DNA from: Vicinamibacterales bacterium
GTDB taxonomy: Bacteria; Acidobacteriota; Vicinamibacteria; Vicinamibacterales; UBA2999
NCBI GenBank assembly: GCA_046331325.1
Contig: JAXLRB010000002.1
Span: forward strand, 73,034 to 137,033
DNA length: 64,000 nucleotides
Direction: 5' to 3'
Part shown: positions 36,776 through 49,971 of the stretch, in pieces
How the letters are laid out: each line of letters starts with the position of its first letter
Numbering within the stretch: position 1 is the stretch's first letter
Position numbers and translations under genes: made by a program
Notes under the pieces: generated by a model
Told to the model about the DNA's origin: nothing
The model's database searches: none
What the model saw: the letters and a program-made list of their open reading frames with translations, nothing else

Positions 36776-37657
36776 ATGAAGCCGCGCATCGCGATCACCG
36801 AAGGCGATCCGGCGGGTATCGGGCCGGAAATCGCCGCCAAGGCCGCCCGCGACCCGCGCGTGCTGGCGGTGTGCGAGCCGGTCGTCTACCCGTCCACGCC
36901 CTCGTCGCTCATCGCCATCGGCCAGGTGAGTCCGCAAGCCGGTCGCGCCGCCTTCGACACCATCGTGCGCGCCGTCGAAGACGCCAAGCACAACGTCGTG
37001 CAGGGCATCGCCACCGCGCCGGTGAACAAGGCGGCGTTCGCGGCGGCCGGGCTGGGCTGGAAGGGCCACACGGATCTGCTGGCGCACCTGTGCAACGTGT
37101 CCGAGGTGGCGATGATGTTCCACTCGCCGAAGCTGCGCGTGGTGCTGGCGACGGTGCACGTGGCGCTGCGCGACGTGCCGCGCATGATCACGCGCGATCT
37201 GATCCTCGACACGCTGCGGCTGGCGGCACAGGAGCTGCCGTACTTCGGCGTACCGCATCCGCGCCTGGCCGTCGCCGGCCTGAACCCGCACGCCGGCGAG
37301 GGCGGCCTGATGGGCCACGAGGAAGTGGACGTCATCATCCCGGCCGTGCGCGAAGCGGTGCACGAGGGCCTGAACGTGCAGGGGCCGCTGCCGGCCGACA
37401 CCGTGTTCGTGCGCGCCGTCCGCGGCGAGTTCGACTGCGTGCTCGCCTGCTATCACGATCAGGGGCTGGTGCCGGTGAAGCTGGCGTCGTTCGGCAGCGC
37501 GGTGAACGTCACGCTCGGCCTGCCGATCGTGCGCACCTCGCCCGATCACGGCACCGCGTTCGACATCGCCGGCAAGGGCGTGGCCGATCACAACAGCATG
37601 GTGGAAGCCGTCGTGCTGGCCGCCGATCTCGCCCGCCACATGGAGCCGGCGCGGTGA
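36776..37657 (+). CDS. pdxA: 4-hydroxythreonine-4-phosphate dehydrogenase
   Basis: 293-aa ORF with ITEGDPAGIGPE, GHTDLLA, NPHAGE and YHDQGL motifs. Confidence 0.9.
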   Translation: MKPRIAITEGDPAGIGPEIAAKAARDPRVLAVCEPVVYPSTPSSLIAIGQVSPQAGRAAFDTIVRAVEDAKHNVVQGIATAPVNKAAFAAAGLGWKGHTDLLAHLCNVSEVAMMFHSPKLRVVLATVHVALRDVPRMITRDLILDTLRLAAQELPYFGVPHPRLAVAGLNPHAGEGGLMGHEEVDVIIPAVREAVHEGLNVQGPLPADTVFVRAVRGEFDCVLACYHDQGLVPVKLASFGSAVNVTLGLPIVRTSPDHGTAFDIAGKGVADHNSMVEAVVLAADLARHMEPAR

Positions 37658-38160
37658 GCACGCGCGCCGGTGCCCCCAAGGGCGCGGCGAAGGCGGCGGA
37701 CGACACCGAGACGCTCATCGCCGACAACCGCAAGGCGTATTACGACTACCACGTCCTCGAGACCTTCGAGGCGGGCGTCGCCCTGCTCGGTACCGAGGTG
37801 AAGGGCATCCGCGAGGGCAAGGCCAGCCTGCGCGACAGCTTCGCGCGCGTCGAGAAGGGCGAGGTGTGGCTCTACAACGTCCACATCAACCCCTACAGCC
37901 ACCGTGGCTACGTCGACCACGACCCCAAGCGCCGCCGCAAGCTGCTGCTGCACCGCATCGAGATCCGCAAGCTGATCGGCAAGACCACTGAACGCGGCCT
38001 CACGCTGGTGCCGCTGCGCATGTACTTCAAGCGCGGCAAGGTGAAGGTGGCCATCAGCCTCGTGAAGGGCAAGCAGGTCCACGACAAGCGTGAGACCATC
38101 CGGAAACGCGAGACCGACCGGGAGACGCGTGCCGCCGTGAAGGAGCGCGTCCGCGCATGA
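37654..38160 (+). CDS. smpB: SsrA-binding protein
   Basis: GTG at 37654 (GTGA overlap with pdxA). Motifs are NRKAYYDYHVLETFEAGVAL, LYNVHINPY and RKLLLHRIEI. Confidence 0.9.
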   Translation: MSTRAGAPKGAAKAADDTETLIADNRKAYYDYHVLETFEAGVALLGTEVKGIREGKASLRDSFARVEKGEVWLYNVHINPYSHRGYVDHDPKRRRKLLLHRIEIRKLIGKTTERGLTLVPLRMYFKRGKVKVAISLVKGKQVHDKRETIRKRETDRETRAAVKERVRA

Positions 38161-39308
38161 CCGAGCCGTCCGCCCTGCCCCCGATCCCGTTCAACCGTCC
38201 CGCGGTCACGGGCCGCGAGCTCGACTACATGCAGCAGGCCATCGCCAACGGACACCTGTCCGGCGACGGCGCGTTCACGAAACGCTGCCACGGCCTGCTC
38301 GAGACGATCACCGGCGCGCCGAAGGTGCTGCTCACCACCTCGTGCACCCACGCGCTCGAGATGTCGATGCTGCTGGCCGGCATCGGCGCCGGCGACGAGG
38401 TGATCTGTCCCGACTTCACGTTCGTGTCGTCGGTGAACGCCTTCGTGCTCCGCGGCGCGCGTCCGGTGTTCGTCGACGTGCGGCCCGACACGCTGAACCT
38501 CGACGAGCGGCTGGTCGAGGCGGCAATCACCCCGCGCACGAAGGCGATGATCGTCGTGCACTACGCCGGCGTCGGCTGCGACATGTCGGCGCTGATGGCG
38601 ATCGCGTCGCGTCACGGCCTGCTCGTGGTCGAGGACAACGCCCACGGCCTCTTCGGCACCGTCGACGGACGCGCCCTCGGCAGCTTCGGCGCCATGTCGA
38701 CGCTGAGCTTCCACGAGACGAAGAACCTCACCTGTGGCGAGGGGGGCGCGCTGGTGTTGAACGACGTCGCGCTGGCCGAGCGGGCCGAGATCCTGCGCGA
38801 GAAGGGCACCAACCGCACGCGCTTCTATCGCGGCCAGGTCGACAAGTACACCTGGGTCGACATCGGCTCGAGCTATCTGCCGTCGGACCTGCTCGCGGCG
38901 TATCTGTCCGCCCAGCTCGAGGCCCGCGAGGCGATTCAGGCCCGACGCCACGCCATCTGGAACGCCTACGACACGGCGTTCACCGGCTGGGCCGAGCGTC
39001 AGGGCGTGCGGCGACCGGTCGTGCCGGCCAACTGCGCGCACCCGGCGCACATCTACTACCTGCTGCTGCCGTCGCTCGACGCCCGCACGCGCTTCCTGGC
39101 CCATCTGCGCCAGCGGATGATCCTGGCGACGTTCCACTACCAGCCGCTCCACCTGTCCGACATGGGCCGGCAGTTCGGCGGGCAGGTGGGGCAGTGTCCG
39201 GTGACCGAGGACGTCGCCGACCGCCTGGTGCGCCTGCCGGTGTTCTACCAGCTCGACGACGACGCGCTCGCCCGCGTGATCGACGCCGTGACCGCGTTCG
39301 AGGCGTAG
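38157..39308 (+). CDS. dTDP-4-amino-4,6-dideoxy-sugar transaminase (WecE/DegT family)
   Basis: 383-aa ORF with an ATGA overlap with smpB. PFNRPAVTGRELDYMQQAI is a WecE-like N-terminus. It also has a FHETKNLTCGEGG PLP-lysine region. Confidence 0.8.
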   Translation: MTEPSALPPIPFNRPAVTGRELDYMQQAIANGHLSGDGAFTKRCHGLLETITGAPKVLLTTSCTHALEMSMLLAGIGAGDEVICPDFTFVSSVNAFVLRGARPVFVDVRPDTLNLDERLVEAAITPRTKAMIVVHYAGVGCDMSALMAIASRHGLLVVEDNAHGLFGTVDGRALGSFGAMSTLSFHETKNLTCGEGGALVLNDVALAERAEILREKGTNRTRFYRGQVDKYTWVDIGSSYLPSDLLAAYLSAQLEAREAIQARRHAIWNAYDTAFTGWAERQGVRRPVVPANCAHPAHIYYLLLPSLDARTRFLAHLRQRMILATFHYQPLHLSDMGRQFGGQVGQCPVTEDVADRLVRLPVFYQLDDDALARVIDAVTAFEA

Positions 39309-39317
39309 CGCCGGCGC

Positions 39318-40190
39318 TCAGCCCCGGCGACGCACGGCCGCGTAGCGCGCGATCGCGTCCTGCCAGGCCGGTAACACCACGCCATGCGCGGCGAGCGCCG
39401 CGTTGCTCATCGCCGCGAAGGTCGGCCGTCGCGCCGGAAACGCCGACGGATCGAACGTCGAAGGTTGCACGGCCGTGTCGGGATCGCGCCCGAGATCGGT
39501 GGCAAGGGCGCGGGCCACCTCGATCCACGTCGCCTTGCCCGTGTTCACGCAGTGATAGAGCCCGGCGGGCACGTCGTGCGCCAGCGCGGCGGCCAGTGCG
39601 TCGGCGAGGTCGATCACGTACGAGGGCGTGACCGTGCGATTCGAGAACGCGCGCACCGTGCCGCCATCGATGAGCGTCGTGGCGATGCGATCGAGGCTGC
39701 TCTTGGCGCGCCCGCCGCCGAACAGGCTGGCGACACGGAAGATCCAGTGCCGTGGGGCGCGACGCGCCAGGATCTCGCCGAGCAGCTTCGACTGCGCGTA
39801 CACACTGCGCGGCGACACCGGCGACGACTCGTCGAGCAGGCCCGGATCCTCGGCCGGATCGAACACGAAGTCGGTGCTGTAGTGCACCAGGCGCGCGCCG
39901 CGACGGGCGCAGGCGTCGGCGAGGTGCCCGACGGCCAGGCCGTTCACCTCGAGGGCCGCGGCGGCCTCGCGTTCGGCGCCATCGACGTCGTTGAACGAGG
40001 CGCAGTTCACCACCACGTCGGGCGCGGCGTCGCGCACGGCGGCGTCGACGGCCGTCGGCGACGTGACGTCGAGTTCGTGGCGGGTGAGCGGCACCAGCCG
40101 GCAGACGGGGGAGAGGCGGGCCACGATGGCGCCGCCCAGTTGCGCGCCGGCTCCGGTGAGCAGGACGCGCGTGTCTGGCGTGAACGGCAT
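39318..40190 (-). CDS. rfbD: dTDP-4-dehydrorhamnose reductase
   Basis: 290-aa ORF with a VLLTGAGAQLGG Rossmann motif and an RmlD-like layout. Confidence 0.8.
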   Translation of the reverse strand: MPFTPDTRVLLTGAGAQLGGAIVARLSPVCRLVPLTRHELDVTSPTAVDAAVRDAAPDVVVNCASFNDVDGAEREAAAALEVNGLAVGHLADACARRGARLVHYSTDFVFDPAEDPGLLDESSPVSPRSVYAQSKLLGEILARRAPRHWIFRVASLFGGGRAKSSLDRIATTLIDGGTVRAFSNRTVTPSYVIDLADALAAALAHDVPAGLYHCVNTGKATWIEVARALATDLGRDPDTAVQPSTFDPSAFPARRPTFAAMSNAALAAHGVVLPAWQDAIARYAAVRRRG

Positions 40191-40259
40191 GGACAGGGCA
40201 GTCGAACGCCGGCGAGGCGTCCGGCGGACACAGTATCATCTTCGTCCAGCGCCCGCGTC

Positions 40260-42041
40260 ATGACCGACCTCTGGTGGCCTCCACTCGCCGCGTTCCTGCT
40301 GGCCGTCGCCCTCACGTGGGTCGTGCGTCCGGCGGCGCGGATGGTCGGCGCGGTGGCGACGCCCAAGGCCGACCGCTGGCATCGCGGCACCATCCCGCTG
40401 CTCGGCGGTATCGCCATCGCCGGATCGGTGCTGATCGTGGCGCCGCTGCTGCCGCACCTCTCGTGGAGCGCCTGGGCGCTGGTGGGCGGGGCGGGCGCGC
40501 TGGCCCTGGTCGGGCTGGTCGACGACTTCCGGCCGTTGCGTCCGCAGATCAAGTTCCTGCTGCAGGTGATCGTCACCGCGTCGGTCGTCGCCGGCGGCGT
40601 GCGCCTGTCGATCACCGGCGTGTCGGCGCTCGATCAGCTGCTCACCATCGTCTGGCTGGTCGGCGTGACCAACGCCTTCAACCTGCTCGACAACATGGAC
40701 GGGCTGGCCGCCGGCATCGGCCTCATCGCGGCGGCGTTCCGCGGCTACTTCTTCCTGATCGACGGCAACGTCGAGGGGGCATGGGTGGCGTGGTCGCTGG
40801 CCGGCGCGCTGGCGGGCTTCCTGATCTTCAACTTCCAGCCGGCGTCGATCTTCATGGGCGACACCGGCAGCCTGTTCATCGGCATGCTCGTCGGCGGCCT
40901 GAACGTGATGGGCCCGTACGCCTACAGCCGCGGCACCGTCGCCGTGCTGATGCTGCCGGTGCTGGTGCTGCTCGTGCCGCTCTTCGACACGCTGTTCGTG
41001 TCGGTCGCGCGCACGCTGGCCGGGCGTTCGATCGCGCAGGGCGGCCGGGATCACACGTCGCATCGCCTCGTCGCGCTCGGTATGTCGGAACGCGGCGCCG
41101 TGCTGGCGCTGTGGGGCATGGCGTTCTGCTCGGGCCTCGTGGCGATGCTGTCGTACCAGCACGGCCTGCCCTACACGGCCACGCTCGTGGGCCTGCTGCT
41201 GGCCGGACTCGCCGTGCTCGGCGTGCAGCTGGGCCTGCAGCGCGTCTATCCGCACAAGAGCGATCCCGGCCCGATCCGCGTCGTCGCCGACTTCCAGTAC
41301 AAGAAGCAGGTGGCGACCGTCGCGCTCGACGCCGCGCTCGTCGCCCTCGCCTACTACTCGGCCTACGTGCTGCGCTTCGAGAGCACGCTCGAGGCCGAGT
41401 TGCCGCTGTTCGAGGCCTCGCTGCTGCTGGTCCTGGTGTCGCACGTGGCGATGTTCGGCCTGTTCGGCGTGTATCAGGACTCGTGGCGCCATTCGGGCAT
41501 CCGCGACCTCGTGAAGCTCACCGGCGCGACGACGGCGGGCGTGGTCCTCGCCGTGCTGATCGTGCTCATGGCGTTCCGGTTCGACAACTACTCGCGGGCC
41601 GTCTTCGCCATCCACTGGCTGCTGGCCACCAGCTTCCTGTGCGGCAGCCGCGTGCTCTTCCGCGCCCTCGGCGAGCTGCTCGTCGCCGAGTCCGACGAAG
41701 GCCCCCGCACGGTCATCTACGGCGCCGGCGCCGGCGGCGTCATGGTGCTGCGCGAGGCGCGGTCGAACGGCGACCTCGACTGGAAGGTGGTGGGCTTCAT
41801 CGACGACGACCGCGGCAAGTTCCGCACGAACGTCCACGGCGTGCCGGTGCTCGGCAGCCTGGAACAGGTGGCGCCGCTGCTGGTGTCGGGCCAGGTGGCG
41901 CAGGTGGTCGTGTCGACGGCCACGGTGCCGCCGGAGCGCCTCGCCGCCCTCACCCGGCTGTGCGCCGACAACGGCGTCCGCACGCTGGTCGCCTCCCTCC
42001 GGTTCGACGACGCGGCGGGCGTGCACCTGCCGAAGCACTGA
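40260..42041 (+). CDS. GT4 polyprenyl-phosphate HexNAc-1-phosphate transferase (WecA/MraY family) fused to a C-terminal TM + Rossmann-like (CapD/WbaP N-terminal type) module
   Basis: ATG at 40260. Motifs are LVGLVDDF, NAFNLLDNMDGLAAG and FMGDTGSLFIG. These are followed by 4 more TM helices and TVIYGAGAGGVMVL...GFIDDD. Confidence 0.75.
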   Translation: MTDLWWPPLAAFLLAVALTWVVRPAARMVGAVATPKADRWHRGTIPLLGGIAIAGSVLIVAPLLPHLSWSAWALVGGAGALALVGLVDDFRPLRPQIKFLLQVIVTASVVAGGVRLSITGVSALDQLLTIVWLVGVTNAFNLLDNMDGLAAGIGLIAAAFRGYFFLIDGNVEGAWVAWSLAGALAGFLIFNFQPASIFMGDTGSLFIGMLVGGLNVMGPYAYSRGTVAVLMLPVLVLLVPLFDTLFVSVARTLAGRSIAQGGRDHTSHRLVALGMSERGAVLALWGMAFCSGLVAMLSYQHGLPYTATLVGLLLAGLAVLGVQLGLQRVYPHKSDPGPIRVVADFQYKKQVATVALDAALVALAYYSAYVLRFESTLEAELPLFEASLLLVLVSHVAMFGLFGVYQDSWRHSGIRDLVKLTGATTAGVVLAVLIVLMAFRFDNYSRAVFAIHWLLATSFLCGSRVLFRALGELLVAESDEGPRTVIYGAGAGGVMVLREARSNGDLDWKVVGFIDDDRGKFRTNVHGVPVLGSLEQVAPLLVSGQVAQVVVSTATVPPERLAALTRLCADNGVRTLVASLRFDDAAGVHLPKH

Positions 42042-42128
42042 CGCGGCTTGTCGCCGCCGCATTCCGGGTGGTACGCTAGTCCGGTTGTGCCGCCCGCGAC
42101 CGGGCCGGTCTGTCGGAGGAGAGCGCCA

Positions 42129-43424
42129 GTGGAGTTGCTGCAGCGGATTGCGGACAAGCGAGCGCGAATCGGGGTGATCGGGCTGGGCTACGTCGGCCTG
42201 CCGCTCGCCGTCGAGTTCGCCAGGGCGGGCTTCACCGTCGTGGGCTACGACGTGGACGAGCACAAGACGTCCACGCTCAACAAGGGCATCAGCTACATCC
42301 CCGACGTGCCGACCGAGCACGTCGCGGAGATCGTGAAGGCCGGACGCTTCCACGCCACCACCGACGCCTCGGCGCTGGCCGACGTGGACGTCATCGACAT
42401 CTGCGTGCCGACGCCGCTGCGCAAGACGAAGGACCCGGACATGTCCTACGTCGTGCAGGCCGTCGACGCCACGGCGAAGGTCCTGAAGAAGGGCCAGCTC
42501 GTGATCCTCGAGTCGACGACGTATCCCGGCACGACCGACGAGGTGGTGCAGCCGGCCCTCGAAGCCGGCGGCCTCGTGGCCGGCGAGGACTTCTACCTCG
42601 CGTTCTCGCCCGAACGCGTCGACCCGGGCAACCCGCAGTTCCAGACGAAGAACATCCCGAAGGTTGTCGGCGGCATGAACGACGCCAGCACGCGGGCGGC
42701 GGCGGCGCTGTATGGCAGCGTCATCACCACCATCGTGCCGGTGAGCTCGACGCGCGTCGCCGAGATGGTGAAGCTGCTCGAGAACACGTTCCGCGCCGTG
42801 AACATCGGCCTCGTGAACGAGCTGGCTCTGATGTGCGCCCGCATGGGCATCAACGTCTGGGAAGTGATCGACGCCGCGAAGACCAAGCCGTTCGGCTTCA
42901 TGCCCTTCTATCCCGGCCCCGGCCTCGGCGGGCACTGCATCCCGATCGACCCGTTCTACCTGTCGTGGAAGGCGAAGCAGTCGGGCTTCGAGGCCCGCTT
43001 CATCGAGCTGGCCGGCCAGGTGAACGGCACCATGCCGGAATACGTGGTGACGCGTGTCGCCGACGCGCTGAACTCGGTGCGCAAGTCGGTCAACGGCGCC
43101 TACGTGCACGTGCTCGGCGTGGCCTACAAGCGCGACATCGACGACATGCGCGAGAGCCCGGCGCTCGACGTGATCGAGCTGCTGAAGCGCAAGGGCGCGA
43201 AGGTGTCGTACACCGATCCCTACGTGCCGGTGCTGCAGCACGGGCCGATCGACATGGCGTCGGTCACCATCGACGCCGCCCTCGCGGCCGGCGCCGACTG
43301 CGCCGTCGTGGTCACCGACCACCAGGTGTTCGACTACGCCGCGGTGGCCGCCCGCTTCCCCCTCGTCGTCGACACGCGCAACGCCCTGAAGGGGCTGCGG
43401 TCGCCGAAGGTGTTCTCGCTCTAA
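42129..43424 (+). CDS. nucleotide-sugar (UDP-N-acetyl-hexosamine) dehydrogenase
   Basis: GTG at 42129 after GGAGGAG. It has an IGVIGLGYVGLPLA Rossmann motif and a GLGGHCIPIDP catalytic Cys region. Confidence 0.85.
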   Translation: MELLQRIADKRARIGVIGLGYVGLPLAVEFARAGFTVVGYDVDEHKTSTLNKGISYIPDVPTEHVAEIVKAGRFHATTDASALADVDVIDICVPTPLRKTKDPDMSYVVQAVDATAKVLKKGQLVILESTTYPGTTDEVVQPALEAGGLVAGEDFYLAFSPERVDPGNPQFQTKNIPKVVGGMNDASTRAAAALYGSVITTIVPVSSTRVAEMVKLLENTFRAVNIGLVNELALMCARMGINVWEVIDAAKTKPFGFMPFYPGPGLGGHCIPIDPFYLSWKAKQSGFEARFIELAGQVNGTMPEYVVTRVADALNSVRKSVNGAYVHVLGVAYKRDIDDMRESPALDVIELLKRKGAKVSYTDPYVPVLQHGPIDMASVTIDAALAAGADCAVVVTDHQVFDYAAVAARFPLVVDTRNALKGLRSPKVFSL

Positions 43425-45540
<2,116 letters not shown>

Positions 45541-45544
<4 letters not shown>

Positions 45545-47430
45545 CGGAAGCGCGCCTCGCGCGTCATGACGCCGAGCAGACGGGCGTCGCCGGCCGGGCG
45601 CCACGCAGGCAGCGCCCGCAGCCGCACGTGTGCGCCCGGCGCGCAGCTGTTGAGGTCGAGCGACAGCCGCTGCCAGTCGCTGGTTGTCAGGTCCACGCGC
45701 GCTTCGTGGCCGCAGGCCATCATCCGCACCTGCTGCGGCAGCGGCGCCGCCGAGCGCACGTCGACTTCGACGTGGGAGACGCCCGCCGGAATCGGCACCG
45801 CGGCTTCCTCGGTCGTCCAGCGGATCGGCTCGTGCCCCGCGTTCGACTCCTGTTCGTACAGTCCCGACTCGACGTTCGCCGCGAGCAGGCGTTCCGGCGA
45901 GGCCCACGCGCGCTCGTAGCCGGCGTGGGCGACGGCGGCCGCCGCGAGCGCCGTGAACACGGCGCGGCTGGCGCCGGCAGGCCAGGTCACCAGCCGCCCG
46001 GCGGTCGCGGCCAGCAGCCCCACGCCGAGGAACGTCAGCAGGCGCAGGGCGTGGATGTAGAAGACCTCCTGGGCGAATCCGTACAGCGCGACGCCGAGCA
46101 GCGATCCGGCCGCGGCCACGGCGACCGCCCGCGCGTCCTCGTCGAGGCCGGGCGCGCGGCGCGCCCGCGCCCCGGTCAGTGCCGCGACGCCGAGCAGGGC
46201 GAGCAGCACGAGCAGGCCGACCGCACCGGTGCCCGACAGCGTCTGCATGTAGAGGCTGTGCGCGCTGGCGGCGTCGGGCACCCGCACGCCGTCGTCGTGG
46301 AACACGCCGCCCGCGTCGAAATAGCGGTGATAGCGGTACGCGAACGACTCGTGTCCGCCGCCGAGAATCGGATGACGCGACCAGATGCGCGCCGCCGCCT
46401 GCCAGTACGGCAGCCGGTCGCCGCTCGTGATCGTGCGCAGCCGCTCGCCGAAGTCGATGCCCTCGACCGGCGTGCGCCACCACAGCACCAGCACGCCGGC
46501 CAGAGCGATCGCGGCCAGGCCGGCGACCGCCGCCCTGGTCGTCCGCCGCGCGTCGGCGGCCGCGACCGTGCCGCGATCGAGGCCGCGCGCCATCCACGCC
46601 ACGTAGGCGCACAGCGCCACGCCGGTGATCCAGCCGCCGCGCTGGAACCCGAGCAGCAGCGCGACGAACAGCACGCCGGTGTAGCCCGCGAGGGCGAGGC
46701 CGGCGCGGCCGGCCACGGTGCCGCCGGCGAGCAACACCAGGCCGTACGGCAGCGCGTAGGCCACGAACTCGGTGAACCATCCGGGGTTGCCGGCCACCGA
46801 CTGCATGGTGCCTTCGCGGACGAACACCGCCACCGTGCCGCGCAGCGGCGTGAGATCGATCACGCGGCCGAGCTCCAGGGCGCCGAGCAGCACCGAGACG
46901 AGCACGCTCGACGCCAGCGTCAGCGCCAGCCGGCGGGCGACGGGGGAGGCGCCGAGCGTCTCGCGATAGACGATCAGCATCAGGCCCACGGCCTGCAGCG
47001 TGAGCAGCGTCGAGGTGATGGAGAACTCGCGGCGGAACTCGACGTGCCTGAACAGCAGCTCGACCAGCCACGGCCAGTCGCGCGGGTGCGCGGTGCGGAA
47101 GCCGGCCAGCGTCTCGGCCCAGATGCCTTCCAGCGGCAAGGCCGGCAGACTGGCCACGGCGGCCACGGCGAAAGCGACGGCACACGCCAGCAGCGGCGTC
47201 CCACCAATCGCCGCCAGCGCCGCGCGCGGCGACGGGCGGCGGCGCAGCAGCCAGGTGGCCTCGAACACCGCCACGACCACCATGAACCCGGTGGACGCGG
47301 CGGCGCTTGGATGGCGGGTGAAGAAGGGCAGCGACGCCACCAGCGCGGTCAGCGCCCACACCGGCCGCCACGCCGTGAGGATCACGGTGAGCAGCGCGGT
47401 CAGGCCGAGCGCCGGCAGGTGCAGTTCCAA
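45541..47430 (-). CDS. O-antigen ligase/polymerase (Wzy_C-type) family membrane protein with extra C-terminal soluble domain
   Basis: More than 10 hydrophobic helices, a large loop with RGGW and GGGHESF segments, and about 130 aa of non-membrane C-terminus. The TTG start at 47430 is provisional. The track ORF to 47757 overlaps the upstream gene. Confidence 0.6.
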
Positions 47431-47459
47431 CTGGTCGGCCTCGGGTGGTGGACCGCGCG

Positions 47460-48977
47460 CTACGGTCGCCGGCCGATGACGGCGTAGTCGCGGTCGGTGA
47501 AGAGCAGGCCGTTCAGGCGCTCGGCGTGCGCGTCGACGGTCTGCATCACCGCCAGCAGCGGCCCGGCCGGCGCGGCCTCGGCGACGGCCGTCGCGGGTAC
47601 CGTCTGCAGGCGGCCGCCGGCCGGATACGGCGAGCGGCCCTGCACGCGGACCTCGCCGAAACCCGCCGCCCGCACCAGGAACGACAGGGTGTCGGGATGC
47701 ACCGGCCGCACGTGGGTGAGGTCGCGCACGTAGCTGTCGAAGAAGGCGCTCCAGCACGCCGGGTTGATCGTCTCGAGCACGATCGTCGCGCCCGGGCGCA
47801 GCGCCCGCTGCGCGGCGGCGAGCAGGCGCAGCAGGTAGTCGGGTTCGAGGTGCTCGACGACCTGCGAGGCGATGAGACCGCCGAGGCTTTCCGGCGGCGC
47901 CGCCGACAGGAAGCTCAGCGCGTCGGTCTCGTCGACGGTGAAGCCGCGGGCCCGGGAGCGCTCCACCATCTCATGGTTCAGGTCGACGCCGCGCGCCGTG
48001 ATCCCGGCGTCGTGCAGCAGGCCGAGGAACTCGCCGCGGCCGCAGCCGATGTCGACGACGTCCGTGGCGCCCTCGAACAGCGGGACGTAGTCGGCCATCC
48101 GCGCCCGGATCTCGTCCTCGCTGCCGCGATACAGATCCTCGAACGTCGCGTACTGCTGGCTGAAGACGCGATCGCTCGCCAGCATCTGCTGTGGCGAGTC
48201 GCCGGCCGGCGGCGGGCTCTCTGCCGCCGGCGTCGACGTGGCTGCCGGCGCCGCCGCCAGGCCGTGCGACAGCTCGCGGCGCAGCGTGTTGGTCGTCTGC
48301 TGCACGACGGCCAGCGCGGCGCCGAGTTCCTCGAGGCGCGCCTCGGCGCGCTGGTCGTCGGTGGCCAGCGTCTCGTAGCGTTTCATCAGCTCGTCGTTGA
48401 GGCCGCTCAGGGCCGCGGCGAGCCCGCGGCTGAGGCCGTCGATCCGCGCGATCGACTCCTGGGCGTCCTCCGAGAGGCGCCGGGCGATCCCGGCGAACTC
48501 GTAGTCCTTGGTGTCGACGTACGGCGTGAGCGACTGCAGGTAGACGACGAGGTGCGACTGGAAGCGGATCGCCTCTTCGATCTGCGTCCGCACGAGGCCG
48601 ATGGTGGCGGCGATCGAGGCCGTCACCGCGCGCTCGCGCGGGATGCTGCGGTTCACGTGATCGACCAGCGCGCTGTTGAACCGCTGCTGCGCGCCCACCA
48701 CCGGCTGCATCGTGTGCCACACGAAACGGGCCAGCCGGCCCTTCCAGCCGTCCGGGAACGCCGGCGCCTGGGCGAGCAGATCCCAGCTCTGGTTGAGCGG
48801 GGTGATCTGGTGCTCGTCCGGACCCGGCGGCGGATGCGGCAGATCACCCAGCGTCTGCAGCGCCGCGTCGACGGCGGTGAGCGCGGCGTTGTAGGCGGCG
48901 TCGGCGGCCTCGCGGTCGCGCTTCAGGCGGGCGAGATCCTCGGGCGCGACCGTCCGGATGCCACGCGCGGCCGTCAC
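47460..48977 (-). CDS. class I SAM-dependent methyltransferase with long N-terminal coiled-coil region
   Basis: GTG at 48977 (GTGA overlap with the thiG stop). It has the SAM motif [11 protein letters not shown]. The track ORF 47460..49778 is a read-through artefact across thiG. Confidence 0.7.
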   Translation of the reverse strand: MTAARGIRTVAPEDLARLKRDREAADAAYNAALTAVDAALQTLGDLPHPPPGPDEHQITPLNQSWDLLAQAPAFPDGWKGRLARFVWHTMQPVVGAQQRFNSALVDHVNRSIPRERAVTASIAATIGLVRTQIEEAIRFQSHLVVYLQSLTPYVDTKDYEFAGIARRLSEDAQESIARIDGLSRGLAAALSGLNDELMKRYETLATDDQRAEARLEELGAALAVVQQTTNTLRRELSHGLAAAPAATSTPAAESPPPAGDSPQQMLASDRVFSQQYATFEDLYRGSEDEIRARMADYVPLFEGATDVVDIGCGRGEFLGLLHDAGITARGVDLNHEMVERSRARGFTVDETDALSFLSAAPPESLGGLIASQVVEHLEPDYLLRLLAAAQRALRPGATIVLETINPACWSAFFDSYVRDLTHVRPVHPDTLSFLVRAAGFGEVRVQGRSPYPAGGRLQTVPATAVAEAAPAGPLLAVMQTVDAHAERLNGLLFTDRDYAVIGRRP

Positions 48978-49756
48978 CGGCCCACCAGGCCTTCGAGGGG
49001 GCTGCTGGCCGTGGCGTACAGCTTTTTTGCGATGCGGCCGGCGCGGTGTGCCAGGCGTCCGGCGATGACGGCGTGCTTCATGGCGGCAGCCATCGCCTCG
49101 GGATCGCGGGCGCCGGCGACGGCCGTGTTCAGCAGCACCGCGTCGGCGCCGAGCTCCATCGCGATGGCGGCGTCGGAGGCCGTACCCACGCCGGCGTCGA
49201 CGATGACGGGCACGCGCGACTGCTCGCGGATGATGCGCAGGTTGGTCAGGTTCTGGATGCCGAGGCCGGAGCCGATCGGCGCGCCCGCCGGCATCACCGC
49301 CACGGCGCCGGCGTCCTCGAGCTTGCGGCACACGATCGGATCGTCGTTGGTGTACGGCAGCACCACGAAGCCGTCCTTCACCAGGACACGTGTCGCCTCG
49401 ATGAGGGCCGCGGTGTCGGGGAAGAGCGTGGCTTCGTCGCCGATCACCTCGAGCTTCACCCAGTGCGACATGCCGGCCTCGCGGCCGAGGTGCGCGGTGC
49501 GGATGGCGTCTTCCGCGGTGTAGCAGCCGGCGGTGTTCGGCAGCAGCGTGATGACCGAGGTGTCGATGAAGTCGAGCAGCGACGCCGACTTCCGCGTGAT
49601 GTCGACGCGGCGCACGGCCACCGTGACCATCTCGGTGCCGCCGGCGCGGTGGGCGGCCTGCATCACCTCGTGCGAGGGGTACTTGCCGGTGCCGAGGATG
49701 AGACGCGAGCCGAAGGTGCGGCCGGCGATGACGAGCGGATCGGCCGGAGCGGTCAT
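48974..49756 (-). CDS. thiG: thiazole synthase
   Basis: 260-aa ORF with [21 protein letters not shown] and [11 protein letters not shown] motifs. Confidence 0.95.
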   Translation of the reverse strand: MTAPADPLVIAGRTFGSRLILGTGKYPSHEVMQAAHRAGGTEMVTVAVRRVDITRKSASLLDFIDTSVITLLPNTAGCYTAEDAIRTAHLGREAGMSHWVKLEVIGDEATLFPDTAALIEATRVLVKDGFVVLPYTNDDPIVCRKLEDAGAVAVMPAGAPIGSGLGIQNLTNLRIIREQSRVPVIVDAGVGTASDAAIAMELGADAVLLNTAVAGARDPEAMAAAMKHAVIAGRLAHRAGRIAKKLYATASSPLEGLVGR

Positions 49757-49971
49757 CGACCAGCCTCCGGCGCGCCACCGCCCACGAAATTCACGATCTC
49801 CATGACGTCTCCCGGCTGCACCATCGTCGTCTCGAACGTGGCCCGCTTGAGCACGACGAGGTTCAGCTCGACCGCCACACGCCGAGGGTCGACGGTGAGG
49901 TGCGCCAGCAGCGCGGCCACCGAGAGAGGGCCGGCGACGTCGTAGGGTTCGCCGTTCAGTTGGATGGTCAC
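49753..49971 (-). CDS. thiS: sulfur carrier protein ThiS (with 6-residue extension after the GG motif)
   Basis: 72 codons with a GTG start: [11 protein letters not shown]...[20 protein letters not shown] overlap with thiG. Confidence 0.8.
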   Translation of the reverse strand: MTIQLNGEPYDVAGPLSVAALLAHLTVDPRRVAVELNLVVLKRATFETTMVQPGDVMEIVNFVGGGAPEAGR

